The position numbers were made by a program, and so were the translations under genes. Below the pieces are notes generated by a model. It did no database searches, was not told where the DNA came from, and saw nothing but the letters and a program-made list of their open reading frames with translations. A stretch of DNA of 64,000 bases, taken from NCBI GenBank assembly GCA_965243025.1, contig CBDETY010000003.1:1888001-1952000 (forward strand). Reading direction: 5' to 3'. The DNA comes from Candidatus Latescibacterota bacterium (GTDB lineage Bacteria > Latescibacterota > UBA2968 > UBA8231). This document shows positions 20,262 through 31,200 of the stretch, one piece after another (the stretch's first letter is position 1; each line of letters opens with the position of its first letter).

Positions 20262-20948
20262 ATGTCGGAACGGCTCAAGGAACTCGCAGGAAGGAAAGCG
20301 GTCGAACAGGTCCGCGACGGAATGGTCGTCGGCCTCGGCTCCGGATCGACCGCGGAGTACGCCATCCGCGCCCTCGGCGAACGCTGCGCGGCCGAGGGAA
20401 TGGACATCCGCTGCGTGCCGACATCCGAGGCGTCCGGGCGGCTGGGGAGGGAGGTGGGCCTGGAGGTCTCGAGCCTCGAGGAAGAGCCGGCGATCGATCT
20501 GACGATCGACGGCGCCGACGAGGTCGACCCCGACCTCAACCTCGTCAAGGGCCTCGGCGGCGCCCTTCTCCGCGAAAAGATCGTAGCCGCGGCGAGCGCC
20601 AGGGAAATAATCATCGTCGACCCGTCGAAGCTGGTTGACCGGCTCGGCACCAGGAGCCCCCTTCCGGTCGAGGTCCTTCCCTTCGCCCGGGCGCTCGCCC
20701 GCGACAGGCTGATCGAATCCGCCAGCTCGGCGGTGATGCGCACCACCCCTGAGGGCCGCGAATACCTGACAGACAACGGCAATTTCATCCTCGACTGCAG
20801 CTTCGCTGACGGAATCCCGGATGCCGGCGCTCTGGAGGAGAAGATCAACCGGATCCCGGGAGTGGTGGAAAACGGCCTCTTCATCGGCCTCGCCGACCTC
20901 GTCATCATCGGGCAGGAGAACGGAACCTGCCGCGAACTCAAGGCCTGA
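20262..20948 (+). CDS. rpiA: Ribose-5-phosphate isomerase A
   Basis: GLGSGST, DGADEVD, KGLGGALLREKIVA, TDNGN, GVVENGLF. Confidence 0.97.
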   Translation: MSERLKELAGRKAVEQVRDGMVVGLGSGSTAEYAIRALGERCAAEGMDIRCVPTSEASGRLGREVGLEVSSLEEEPAIDLTIDGADEVDPDLNLVKGLGGALLREKIVAAASAREIIIVDPSKLVDRLGTRSPLPVEVLPFARALARDRLIESASSAVMRTTPEGREYLTDNGNFILDCSFADGIPDAGALEEKINRIPGVVENGLFIGLADLVIIGQENGTCRELKA

Positions 20949-21003
20949 TTTCTTCCGGGAAAATCCCAGCATCACAATCGGTTCAGACGGGCAACCGGGG
21001 CTG

Positions 21004-21429
21004 CTAACGCCGCACCCCCACCCCGTGGAGATAGACGAGCTCGCCGCCGTACAGGCTGGCCGTGAACAGGACGCCGCAGCCGGCAAGGGCGGCGGTGACC
21101 AGGAAACGCAGGGCCCAGCCCCCGGTCCGCCCCCGCAGCTGCAGCGGCAGCCGGCCGAGGAGGATGGCGAGAAACAGGATGAATGCCGCCGATCCCCAGT
21201 CCTCGTGGCGCTGCACCAGCCCGCTGACCGCGCCGGCGTCCCGGTACGGCAGGGCGGCCTGGTTCCCGGTGATCACCGCCGCGGCCGCGGCCGCGGTGCC
21301 GAGCAGGAGCATTGCGTACCCCGCCGTGTGCCAGGCGGGCCGCCGCAGGATGATCGCGGCCAGGTCGATCAGGACCCCGACCGGAATGAGGGCGATCGCA
21401 AAATGGACTATCCAGGGGTGCCAGCTCAT
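21004..21429 (-). CDS. DUF2231-like membrane protein
   Basis: HPWIVHFAIAL, conserved H, GGELVYLHGVG. Confidence 0.8.
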   Translation of the reverse strand: MSWHPWIVHFAIALIPVGVLIDLAAIILRRPAWHTAGYAMLLLGTAAAAAAVITGNQAALPYRDAGAVSGLVQRHEDWGSAAFILFLAILLGRLPLQLRGRTGGWALRFLVTAALAGCGVLFTASLYGGELVYLHGVGVRR

Positions 21430-21545
21430 GGCGAGGTACGTTATCCGGGCCCCGGGGGAGGGGCAAGCCGGTCCGGCCGGTTGACTTCGGCGCTGGCGGC
21501 TGAGTATGCTCCGGGAAAAATGCCACTCGAAACCCGGAGCGCCCC

Positions 21546-22853
21546 ATGGCCAGCGATCTGAAGCAGCACATCGACCAGACCGCGATCTGCGATACCCACG
21601 AACACCTGAAAAAGGAGGGGGACTGGGTCGACCAGGGGCCGGCCGACGTTCTCGTCGACCTCTTTACAAACTACGTCCCGGCGGACCTGCACACTGCCGG
21701 AGCCTCGCACGAGGCGCTGCAGCGGCTGACCGATCCGGGGGATCCGGACCTCGGCGCGCGCTTCGACGGCATCCGCGACGCCTGGGAGGCGATCCGCTTC
21801 ACCGGGTACGGGGAGGCGGTGCGGATCCTCGGGGAGGATCTCTACGGCCTCCGGGACTGGTCCGCCGCCGAGTTCGAGCAGGCGCAGACCAGGCTGATGG
21901 AGTGGCGCCGGCCCGGGGGGCGCTACCGGCTGTTGACGGAGACAGCCAACCTCGACCACACCCAGACCGACGACGCCTGCTGGCCCTGCCTTGCGGACGC
22001 GTCAGGGCCGGAGTTCTTCTTCTACGACATCAGCTGGGCGGCCTTCTGCCGCGGTGACGTCGACCCCGAAGCCGTGGAGCGGGAAACCGGCGTCGCCGTC
22101 AACGATACCGCTTCCCTGCGCCTTGCCATGGAAGCGATCTTCGACAAGTACGCCGCCTGCGCCATCGCCGTGAAGGCGCAGCACGCGTACAACCGCACCC
22201 TCGCCTGGCGGGAGCGGAGCGACGGCGAGGCCTCCCGGGTCCTCGAGCGCGCGCTGCGCGGGGAACCGCTGGAGCCGGAAACGCGCAACGTCCTCGGGGA
22301 CTGGTCCTGGGCGCGGGGCTGCGAGCTCGCCGCCGAACACAACCTCCCCTTCAAGCTCCACACCGGGTACTACGCCGGCAACGACCGCATGCCGGTCGAT
22401 TTCATCAAGGGGGGCAACCTCTGCGCCCTGCTGGCCAGGTACCCGGAATGCCGCTTCGTCCTCATGCACATCGCCTATCCGTACTCCGACGAGCTCGTCG
22501 CCCTGACCAAGCACTACCGCAACGTCTACGCCGATCTCTGCTGGGCCTGGTCGATCGACCCTTACACCTCAGGGGACTTCGTGCGCCGCTTCCTCCACGC
22601 CGCCCCGGTCAACAAGCTGTTCGCCTTCGGCGGCGACACCGGCAATCCCACCAGCGCAACCGCCTACGCCATCCAGACGCGCCGCTGGCTGACGCGCACC
22701 CTGGAGGCCGAGGTCGCCGAGGGGCTGATGTCGGAAGCCGAGGCGATGGAGGTCGCCACCCGCCTGCTGCGCCGCAACCAGCTGGACTGCTTCGACCTGG
22801 AAGGGACCCGCGCGGCCTGCCGGGGAGCGGTTGAAGCCGCGGCCGCGGGGTGA
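21546..22853 (+). CDS. Amidohydrolase_2 family protein (uronate isomerase-like TIM barrel)
   Basis: DTHEH, KLHTG, FVLMHIAYP, FGGD motifs. Confidence 0.85.
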   Translation: MASDLKQHIDQTAICDTHEHLKKEGDWVDQGPADVLVDLFTNYVPADLHTAGASHEALQRLTDPGDPDLGARFDGIRDAWEAIRFTGYGEAVRILGEDLYGLRDWSAAEFEQAQTRLMEWRRPGGRYRLLTETANLDHTQTDDACWPCLADASGPEFFFYDISWAAFCRGDVDPEAVERETGVAVNDTASLRLAMEAIFDKYAACAIAVKAQHAYNRTLAWRERSDGEASRVLERALRGEPLEPETRNVLGDWSWARGCELAAEHNLPFKLHTGYYAGNDRMPVDFIKGGNLCALLARYPECRFVLMHIAYPYSDELVALTKHYRNVYADLCWAWSIDPYTSGDFVRRFLHAAPVNKLFAFGGDTGNPTSATAYAIQTRRWLTRTLEAEVAEGLMSEAEAMEVATRLLRRNQLDCFDLEGTRAACRGAVEAAAAG

Positions 22854-23094
22854 GTCCGGGCCCGCCCGTCTGTCCCGGGCGGGCCGGAAGTGCTTCCGCG
22901 CGACACCCGAACGGGACTCCGTTTGTTTCGTTGAATTGTCCCCCCGATACCTATCTTTGCCTTGACTTGCGGCGGCGGATTACGCCCGAGGGTTTCCCTT
23001 TCCCCGGAATCCAAAGGGCCCGTCGGTCGCGGCCCTGAGACGAATCGAGCCACAAGCGTCCGGATTCACCCGAGAAAGGCATGGCAGTAGCGAC

Positions 23095-24765
23095 ATGACC
23101 GACATGAGACAGCACAGCAGCACCATCGTCGACGGCCCCCACCGGGCCGGAGCGCGGGCGATGTACAAGGCGGTCGGATACGGCGACGAGGCGTTGTCGA
23201 AGCCGCTGATCGGAATCGCCAACACCTGGACCGAGATCGGCCCCTGCAACTACCACCTGCGCCGGCTGGCCGAGTTCGTGAAGCAGGGGGTGCGGGAGGC
23301 GGGAGGAACGCCGCTGGAGTTCAACACCGTGACCGTTTCGGACGGCATCACCATGGGCACGGAGGGGATGAAGACCTCCCTCGTCAGCCGCGAGGTGATC
23401 GCCGACTCCATGGAGCTGGTCGCGCGCGGCCATATGCTCGACGGACTGGTCGCCATGACCGGGTGCGACAAGACGACCCCGGGGGCGGTGATGGCCCTGG
23501 GGCGGCTGCAGATCCCTTCCCTGGTCTTCTACGGCGGCAGCATCATGCCGGGCAAGTTCGAGGGCCGCGACGTAACCATCCAGGACGTGTTCGAGGCGAT
23601 GGGGGCGCACGCCAAGGGGCGCCTCGACGACGCCGGTCTCAAGGGTATCGAGGACGCCGCCTGCCCCGGCGCCGGCTCCTGCGGCGGACAGTTCACCGCC
23701 AACACCATGGCCACCGCGGTCGAGATGCTCGGCATCGCCGCCATGGGCAGCGGATCGGTGCCGGCCACCGACCCCGCGAAGCAGGAGGTCGCCGTGGAGA
23801 TCGGGGGCCTCGCCGTCGACCTCGTGCGCCGCGGGGTGCGCCCGAGGGACATCGTTACCCGGGCGGCGCTGGAAAACGCCATCGCCTCCATCGCCACCAC
23901 GGGGGGATCGACCAACGGGGTGCTGCACATGCTGGCGATCGCCCGCGAGTTCGGCATCGACCTCGAGCTCGACGACTTCCAGGGCATCAGCAGCGTCACC
24001 CCGCTGATGGTCAGCCTGAAGCCTGGGGGCCTGTTCGTCGCCCCGGACCTCCACCGGGCCGGGGGCATCGCCCTGGTCGCCCGGCGGCTGCAGCAGGCCG
24101 GAGTGCTGCGCGAGCAGTGCCGGACGGTCACCGGGCGCACCATCGGCGAGGAGGCGGAGGCAGCCCGCGAGACCCCGGGGCAGGAGGTGGTCCGCCCGGT
24201 CGACAAGCCGATCAAGGCGAGCGGCGGTCTCGTGATCCTGCGCGGCAACCTCGCCCCCGAAGGCTGCGTCGTTAAGCTCGCCGGGTACGAGCGCACCCGG
24301 CACGTGGGGCCGGCCCGGGTGTTCGAGCGCGAGGAGGAGGTCCTGCCGGCGATCGAGAACGGCACCGTCTCCGAGGGGGACGTGGTCGTCATCCGCTACG
24401 AGGGGCCGGTCGGGGGGCCGGGAATGCGCGAAATGCTGCACGTGACCGGCGCCATCATGGGAGCCGGCCTCGGCGACTCGGTGGCGCTGATCACGGACGG
24501 GCGTTTCTCCGGGGCGACCCGCGGCCTCATGCTCGGCCACGTCTCTCCCGAGGCGGCCCGCGGGGGCCCGCTGGCCGCGGTCAGGGACGGAGACGAGATC
24601 ACCATCGACACCGAGGCCAAGCGCCTCGACGCCGCCCTCGACGACGCCGGGATCGCCGCCCGCCTGCGGGACTGGAAGGCGCCGGAGCCGCGCTACCGGA
24701 CCGGCGTCATGGCCAAGTACGCCAAGCTGGTCTCGTCCGCCTCCGAAGGGGCGGTCACGGGCTAG
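23095..24765 (+). CDS. ilvD: Dihydroxy-acid dehydratase
   Basis: [51 protein letters not shown]. Confidence 0.97.
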   Translation: MTDMRQHSSTIVDGPHRAGARAMYKAVGYGDEALSKPLIGIANTWTEIGPCNYHLRRLAEFVKQGVREAGGTPLEFNTVTVSDGITMGTEGMKTSLVSREVIADSMELVARGHMLDGLVAMTGCDKTTPGAVMALGRLQIPSLVFYGGSIMPGKFEGRDVTIQDVFEAMGAHAKGRLDDAGLKGIEDAACPGAGSCGGQFTANTMATAVEMLGIAAMGSGSVPATDPAKQEVAVEIGGLAVDLVRRGVRPRDIVTRAALENAIASIATTGGSTNGVLHMLAIAREFGIDLELDDFQGISSVTPLMVSLKPGGLFVAPDLHRAGGIALVARRLQQAGVLREQCRTVTGRTIGEEAEAARETPGQEVVRPVDKPIKASGGLVILRGNLAPEGCVVKLAGYERTRHVGPARVFEREEEVLPAIENGTVSEGDVVVIRYEGPVGGPGMREMLHVTGAIMGAGLGDSVALITDGRFSGATRGLMLGHVSPEAARGGPLAAVRDGDEITIDTEAKRLDAALDDAGIAARLRDWKAPEPRYRTGVMAKYAKLVSSASEGAVTG

Positions 24766-24806
24766 CCAGCCGGGAAGACCGGCGGCGGCCTGCAGAAGCG
24801 TCTGCG

Positions 24807-25955
24807 ATGGGGACGGGCAGCATCCTCTGCCGGGGCTGCGAAGCCGATTTCGGGTTCGCAGCCCCCTTCCACCGCTGCCCCGGGTGCGGGGGGCCGCTCT
24901 CCTTTTCCCTGGACCGCTCCTTCCCGCTCGCCGGGATCGCCGCGCGACCGCCCGGCATGTGGCGCTACCGCGAGGCCCTTCCGGCTTTCGAGGAGGCGGT
25001 CTCACTCGGGGAGCAGCCGACCCCCCTGGTTGCGGCCGCCCCCCGGGAGTTCGGGAGGGAGGGGGTGCTGTTCAAGTGCGAGTACGCCCTTCCCACAGGG
25101 TCCTACAAGGACCGCGGCGCCGCCACCCTGGTCAGCTACCTGAAATCGACGGGCGTGACCGAAGCCGTAGAGGACTCGTCGGGGAACGCCGGGGCCTCGA
25201 TGGCGGCGTACTGCGCCCGCGCCGGTATCGGCCTGAAGGTATTCTGCCCGCAGTCCGCCTCGGCGGGAAAGCTGACGCAGATCCTGCTTTACGGGGCCGG
25301 GCTGGTGCGCGTGCCCGGGCCGCGGCCCCGGGCTACCGAGGCGCTCCTCGAGCACGTGGAGGCCGCCGGCAGCGCCTACGCCTCCCACCTCTGGCACCCC
25401 CTTTTCCTCGAGGGCATCCGCACCATGGCGTACGAGACCGCCGAACAGCTCGGCTGGTCGGCGCCCGACTACGTCCTCTGCCCGGTCGGTGCCGGAAGCA
25501 TCCTGCTTGGGCTGTTCGACGGTTTTTCCGACCTGCTCGCCGCCGGCGTCGTCAAGCGGCTGCCGCGGCTGGTCGCGGTGCAGGCGGCCAACGTCGCCGC
25601 GGTCTGCGCGGCCGTGCGCAGCGGCGCCGGGCATGTGGAGCCGGTGCTTGCCCCGCAGCCCACCCTGGCGGAGGGAATCGCCCTGCCGGCTCCGGTCCGG
25701 GACCGCGAGGTACTGCACGCGATCCGCGCCTCCGGGGGGACGGCCGTCGCCGTAGGGGAGGAGGAGATCGCAGCCGGAGCGGAGGCCCTCGGCAGGGCCG
25801 GTTTCTGCGTCGAACCGACCTCCGCGGTCGTCCGGCAAGGGCTGCGGAAGCTTATCGAAAGCGATTCCCCTCCTCCCCCCGGCGCCACCGTCGTCGCGGT
25901 GCTGTCGGGGCACGGCCTCAAGGCCTCCCCCGCCCTGGCGGAAATCCTCGGCTGA
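24807..25955 (+). CDS. Threonine synthase-like PLP enzyme
   Basis: N-term CxxC..CxxC, PTGSYKDRG, DSSGNAGAS, EPTSA, SGHGLK. Confidence 0.88.
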   Translation: MGTGSILCRGCEADFGFAAPFHRCPGCGGPLSFSLDRSFPLAGIAARPPGMWRYREALPAFEEAVSLGEQPTPLVAAAPREFGREGVLFKCEYALPTGSYKDRGAATLVSYLKSTGVTEAVEDSSGNAGASMAAYCARAGIGLKVFCPQSASAGKLTQILLYGAGLVRVPGPRPRATEALLEHVEAAGSAYASHLWHPLFLEGIRTMAYETAEQLGWSAPDYVLCPVGAGSILLGLFDGFSDLLAAGVVKRLPRLVAVQAANVAAVCAAVRSGAGHVEPVLAPQPTLAEGIALPAPVRDREVLHAIRASGGTAVAVGEEEIAAGAEALGRAGFCVEPTSAVVRQGLRKLIESDSPPPPGATVVAVLSGHGLKASPALAEILG

Positions 25956-25970
25956 ACGGCGGAAGACCCG

Positions 25971-27467
25971 TCAGCTCCGGGCTTTCAGCTCTTTCAGCCG
26001 CTGCGCCTCTTCCGAGTTCCTGTAGTAATCGTCGAGGGGGAAACAGCCGCTGACCATGCCGTTGCGCGGGGCGGTGGTGCAATCGCTGAAGGTGCGGCAG
26101 ATCCGCTTGCGGGCCAGCTCTCCCCCGCCGTAGAGCAGATCGTGCGGCAGGTCGGGGTACGACAACACCATGCGGCCCAGGCCAACGAAATCGACCGCCC
26201 CCGAACGCACCGCGGCCTGGGCGACGTGGGGCAGGAACTCCTGCAGGTAGCTGTACCCCGATCCGACGAACACCCGGTCCGGGAACGAGCTCTTCAGCCG
26301 GGCGGCCCCGGCGATCTGCCTCGCCACCCCGGCGAGCGGGTCCTCGGGCGGCTGGTACCCGTCGGACGGCGGAAACAGCGCCGGGCGCTGGATGTGGGGG
26401 TTGTAGTAGGGGCTTCCGCAGGTGAGGTTGACGAGGTCGACCCCCCACTCCCCGAGGGCGGCGATGAAGCGGCGGGGCTCGTCGAGGTCGATTTCCAGCG
26501 GATCGTCCGGGTCGATCCCGAACCCGTACTGGTAGGGCAGAAGCGCTTCGAAGGACTCGGGAACGCCGGTTCCGGGTTTGCCTCCCTCCCCGTCCGGACC
26601 GGGTCGGAACGGCACGAAGTCATAGGAACTGAGGCGCACTCCCACTTGTAGTTGCGGCGCCTCGCTCCGGATTCCCTCGACGATCTCGCGGCAGAAGCGG
26701 GTGCGGTTCTCGAAAGAGCCGCCGAACCTGCCGGGGCGGGTGCGGGCGCTCAGCAGCTCGTGGCCGAGATAGCCGTGGCAGTGCTTGACGTCGACGAAGT
26801 GAAACCCGGCGTCGCGGGCGATGCAGGCCGCCTCGACGTAGAGCTCGATCAGCTGTTGCAGGTAGTCGTCGGTGACCGGCGGGTGGCCGGGGTCGAGGCC
26901 GAACCTGCGGTCGAGAATCGGGTGCCTGTAGGCGATGCAGGGCTCCATCCGGTCCTTGCGGAAGGGCCGGCAGAAGCGGCCGGAATGGGTCAGCTGGAGG
27001 CCGGCCACGAGGTCGTCGGCCGAGCCGAAGCGTTCCCCGTGGGCGGCGGTCAGGATCTCCCTGAGCTCCCGCACTCCGTCCCGGGTCGAGGCGCAGGCCA
27101 TCAGCTGGTTGGGGTTTGCCCTCCCCTCCGGACAGACGGCGAACGCCTCGCCCCCCCAGATCAGCTTGGCCCCGCTGCGCCCGAAGTTTCGCCAGCGCCG
27201 GCGCACGTTGTCGGTGGGCATGCCGTCAGCGGACCCGTCCCACCCCTCCATCGGCTGGATGGCGAAGCGGTTGCCCGCCCGCCTGTCGCCGATGGCGCAC
27301 GGCTGTGCCAAGGGCGATTCGGGCGCCTGCAGCGGAGTTTCGTCGCAGGGGAGCGAGGCCCCGATGGCTTCGAGGTGAGCGCGGAAGTCGGCGGCCTGCT
27401 TGAAGGCGGACACCCGCGGATGGCGGTCCCGGCGGCGCGGGGGCCTTCCCGAACCGGCCTCAGCCAC
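25971..27467 (-). CDS. NADH:flavin oxidoreductase (old yellow enzyme family)
   Basis: [50 protein letters not shown]; start overlaps lgt stop. Confidence 0.9.
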   Translation of the reverse strand: MAEAGSGRPPRRRDRHPRVSAFKQAADFRAHLEAIGASLPCDETPLQAPESPLAQPCAIGDRRAGNRFAIQPMEGWDGSADGMPTDNVRRRWRNFGRSGAKLIWGGEAFAVCPEGRANPNQLMACASTRDGVRELREILTAAHGERFGSADDLVAGLQLTHSGRFCRPFRKDRMEPCIAYRHPILDRRFGLDPGHPPVTDDYLQQLIELYVEAACIARDAGFHFVDVKHCHGYLGHELLSARTRPGRFGGSFENRTRFCREIVEGIRSEAPQLQVGVRLSSYDFVPFRPGPDGEGGKPGTGVPESFEALLPYQYGFGIDPDDPLEIDLDEPRRFIAALGEWGVDLVNLTCGSPYYNPHIQRPALFPPSDGYQPPEDPLAGVARQIAGAARLKSSFPDRVFVGSGYSYLQEFLPHVAQAAVRSGAVDFVGLGRMVLSYPDLPHDLLYGGGELARKRICRTFSDCTTAPRNGMVSGCFPLDDYYRNSEEAQRLKELKARS

Positions 27468-28242
27468 CGGGCCTTCCGGAATCCCCGGACATCCGACCGG
27501 ACCTGGGCAGGTAGATGACCCCGGCGATTCCCACGGCCACCAGGGCCAGGCTGATCAGCTGGGCCCCGGTCAGGCCCCATGCCACGACCGGGTTCAGGCG
27601 GATGAACTCCACTGCGAAGCGGGCGCAGCCGCTGAGAACCAGGTAGAGGGAAAACGAAGTCCCGGGAACCGCAAGGCGCCTCCGGGTCGACCAGAGGATG
27701 CCGAAGATCGCCAGTCCCATCAGGGTTTCGTACACCGGGGCGGGGTGGACTTTTTCGAGGGTAGGGACGACTCCCTTCGGGTACGCCATGCCCCAGGGGA
27801 GGTCGGTCGGCACGCCGTAGTCCCCGTCGCCCGCCAGCTGGCAGCCGATTCTGCCTATGGCGTAGCCGATCGCCAGGCCGATGCCGACGGCGTCGGCCAC
27901 CTCGGGCAGGGGCGCGCCGCGGCGGCGCACCAGCCAGACGACCGCGGCCGTCGCCAGGAACAACCCGCCGTGCCAGGTCAGGCCGCTTCCGGAGAACACG
28001 GCGCCGAGGGATTCGCTCCAGGTGACTCCCGGGGGAAGCTCGAAGAGGATGAAGTAGAGCTTGGCCCCGGCGAGGCCGGCGAGGATCCCCGCAGTGAGGA
28101 TGGAGGAGGCCAGCTCGGGGTCCAATCCCTTGCGGCGCAGTTCCTTCTGGATGAAGAAATGGCCGGCGAGGAACCCGAGCACGACCATGGGGCCGAAGGT
28201 GGGCAGCCTGAAGCCGCCGATTTCCAGCCAGTAGGGGTACAT
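27460..28242 (-). CDS. lgt: Prolipoprotein diacylglyceryl transferase family protein
   Basis: [41 protein letters not shown]. Confidence 0.9.
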   Translation of the reverse strand: MYPYWLEIGGFRLPTFGPMVVLGFLAGHFFIQKELRRKGLDPELASSILTAGILAGLAGAKLYFILFELPPGVTWSESLGAVFSGSGLTWHGGLFLATAAVVWLVRRRGAPLPEVADAVGIGLAIGYAIGRIGCQLAGDGDYGVPTDLPWGMAYPKGVVPTLEKVHPAPVYETLMGLAIFGILWSTRRRLAVPGTSFSLYLVLSGCARFAVEFIRLNPVVAWGLTGAQLISLALVAVGIAGVIYLPRSGRMSGDSGRPGG

Positions 28243-31200
28243 CAGTTCGTTGCCTCGGCGGACCCGGCTTCCCCGCCGTCCCCGGCGAGGCGGGCGATTT
28301 CGCGCCGCACCTGCCCCGTGACCTCCCTGTAGACCTCGTAGTTTCCCAGGCGCTCGCGCCGCGCGGCGTACGGCGCCATCTCGACCGGAGGGCCGAAGTT
28401 CAGGCTCACCCGGTTGCGCCGGGGAAAGCGGCCGTTTTTCGGCAGCGCCTCCCGGGTCCCGGCGACGTGCACGGGAACGATCGGCAGGTCGAGCTCGATC
28501 GCCAGCAGACCCACCCCTGTCCTGAACGGTTGCAGAGCCCCGCTCGAGGACCTGGTTCCCTCGGGAAATACCAGCAGCGGCCGCCGCACCCCGATGAGGC
28601 GGCGCAGTGCCAGCAGGCTTTCGAGAAACTCCTCCTGCCGGTCGAAGGGCACGGCGTCGAGCATGGTTCGCAGGAACCAGCTAAGCGAAGGGGACCTCGA
28701 GAGGTAGTCCCTGGCCGCGGCGAGACTGATCCGGTCGATTCGGGGCCTTATCGCCAGCAGGATGGACGGGGCGTCGAGATGGCTCGTGTGGTTGGCGGCG
28801 ATCACGTAGGGGCGGTCCGGGGGAAGGTGCTCCAGTCCCCTTGCCTTCAGCGAGAAATAGAGACGGTACAAACCCCCGCCGGCGGTCCAGAACGTTTTCC
28901 GCAGTATGCCGGAACCCCCATCGGCCCGCAGCTGATGCCCCCTGTTCCCGTCCTGTCCCCGCAGGGCACGTGTCCAGTACCCGCCCCCGTCCCCGGGAGA
29001 GGGGATCCTCTTTTCAGAGGCGACGAACAGGGGCTCCAGTTTGTCCACGAGACTGCGCAGCGTCGGGCTGCGAAGGATCTCCCGGGAAAGCGGACGGCCG
29101 AGAGTTTCCCCGACGATCCCGGCGAACTCCACCGACATCAGCGAGTCGAGCAGGCTGTCGAGGGGGGCGTCGCCGTGGGCGAGAACTTCGGCCGGCGTCA
29201 GTCCCGTTATCCTGCTCAACAGGTCGTAGACCGACCTCTCCCAGGGGGCCAGGCTCTCGTCGATCTCGACCTCGGCCCCCTGCAGCTCGTGCTGCAGGTC
29301 GGCCAGCACCCGGGGCCGGTCGACCTCGCCGGCGCAGTTGCGCGGAAGGGGCCCGCTGCGCACGTGCAGGCGCTGAATGCGCTGGTAGGTCGGAAGGTTG
29401 CGCGAAATCCCGTACGCCGCCTCCCTCGCGCGGGCGGCCGCCGCATCCCCGGCTCCCTCGGCCAGCACGGCCACGCCGTGAGCCTCCTCGCTCAGAGTTC
29501 GCGGCGATCTCACCCCGACGACGCTCAGCTCCGCCACCTCCGGCAGACCCCGGTACAGCCCTTCCACTTCATCGGGGTAGACGTTTTTGCCGGCGCCGGT
29601 GACGATCAGGTCCTTGCAGCGGCCGGTGATGAACAGGTACCCCTCGTCGTCGACCCAGCCGATGTCCCCGCTGTGGAGCCAGCCGTTTCTCAGGACCGCG
29701 GCGGTCAGTCCGGGGCTGTCGAGGTACCCCGGCATGACGTTGGGTCCACGCACGAGGATCTCGCCGCAGCCGCGGGGGTCAGGCTCGTCAATGCGCAGAT
29801 CGACGCCGGGCAGAGGGATTCCGACCGACCCCGGCCTGGCCTTTCCCGGAGGGTTGACGGTGACGATCGGGGAAGTCTCCGTGAGGCCGTACCCCTCGTA
29901 CACGGTAACCCCCATGCGGCGGTAGCTCTCGAAGATCCCCGGTGCCAGGGGGGCGCCGCCGCTGACGACGAGCTTGAGCCTGGAGATCGGGGCGGCGCTG
30001 TCGCGGTCGAGGGCGTGGCGCTCCTCCTCCCCGTGCCTGCCGAGGCGCTCGATGCGGTCTGCGAGGATCTTCAGCAGCCGGGGCACCGCCAACAGCGCAT
30101 TCGTGCCGGTCTCCCGCATGGTCTCGAGGATCACCCGGCTGTTCAGGGTCTCGAGGTAGGTGACGGTCGCCCCGCTCAGGAGCGACATCAGCAGCGAGCC
30201 GGTGAACTCCAGGCCGTGGTGCAGGGGAAGCAGCGAGAGGACGCGGTCCCCCCGGTCGAGGCGCTGAACCTCGGCGATGGCGAGCAGGTTCGAGAGGAAA
30301 TTCCCATGCGTGAGGACAACTCCCCTGGGCTCGACCGCGGTGCCGGCGGTGAAGATGATCGACGCCTCCATCCCGGGACTGACGCCAGGCGGTTGGAGGT
30401 GCTCACGAGGAGGGGGCTCGGCTGCGGCTTCGCCTCCCGGCAGCGGGAACATCCGGCCGTCGAGATCGAAGAAGGCAAGCGGCCGCCCGGAGGTCCCGGC
30501 GGCAGCTCTTTCGGAGCCGAGAGTCTCGAAGCTGGCGCGCGAGGCGACCAGTCCACGGGCCCTGGTGAACGCCGCCAGCTTCCACACCTCCCCCGGGGGG
30601 GTCTGGGGGTCGACGGGAACCACCGCCAGTCCGGCGACCGAGGCCCCCATGTAGGCGATCACCCACTCGGGGCTGTTTCCCCCGTACAGCAGCACCCGGT
30701 CCCCGGCCTCGAGCCCGCAGCGCTGCCACAGGTCCGCCCGGGCTTCGGCGCGCGCCAACAGCTCTCCGTAGGACACTCTCACCCAGGAATCGCCCCGCTT
30801 CATCTGCAGCGCCGTGATCTCCCCGTAGCGGGCGCAGGACCAGCGCAGCAGATCGGGGATCGTCTGCAGCTCCTCCTCCTGCTGCCAGCGCTCCTCTTCC
30901 GAGCCTACCTCCGCGGGGGGCTCGCGGAAGATCTCCTCCTCCCCGGCGTCCCCCAGGACGTGCCGCCTGAGCCCGGGCAGATGGACGTCGCCGATGTAGC
31001 GATCCCAGTCGATGCGCTCGACGTCCATGTTGAAAACCTGCCGTTCGCCTGCCGGGAGACTGGCGTGGAGGGCGCGGGCGCGGTCGGTGGAAAAGCTGCA
31101 CTCCAGGTGGGTGTACGGATGGTAGATGTCGGCGTAGTACAGCACCCTCTGCAGCCGGATCTTCATCGTCGACAGGAGCCGGCGTTTCTGCGGAGATGCC

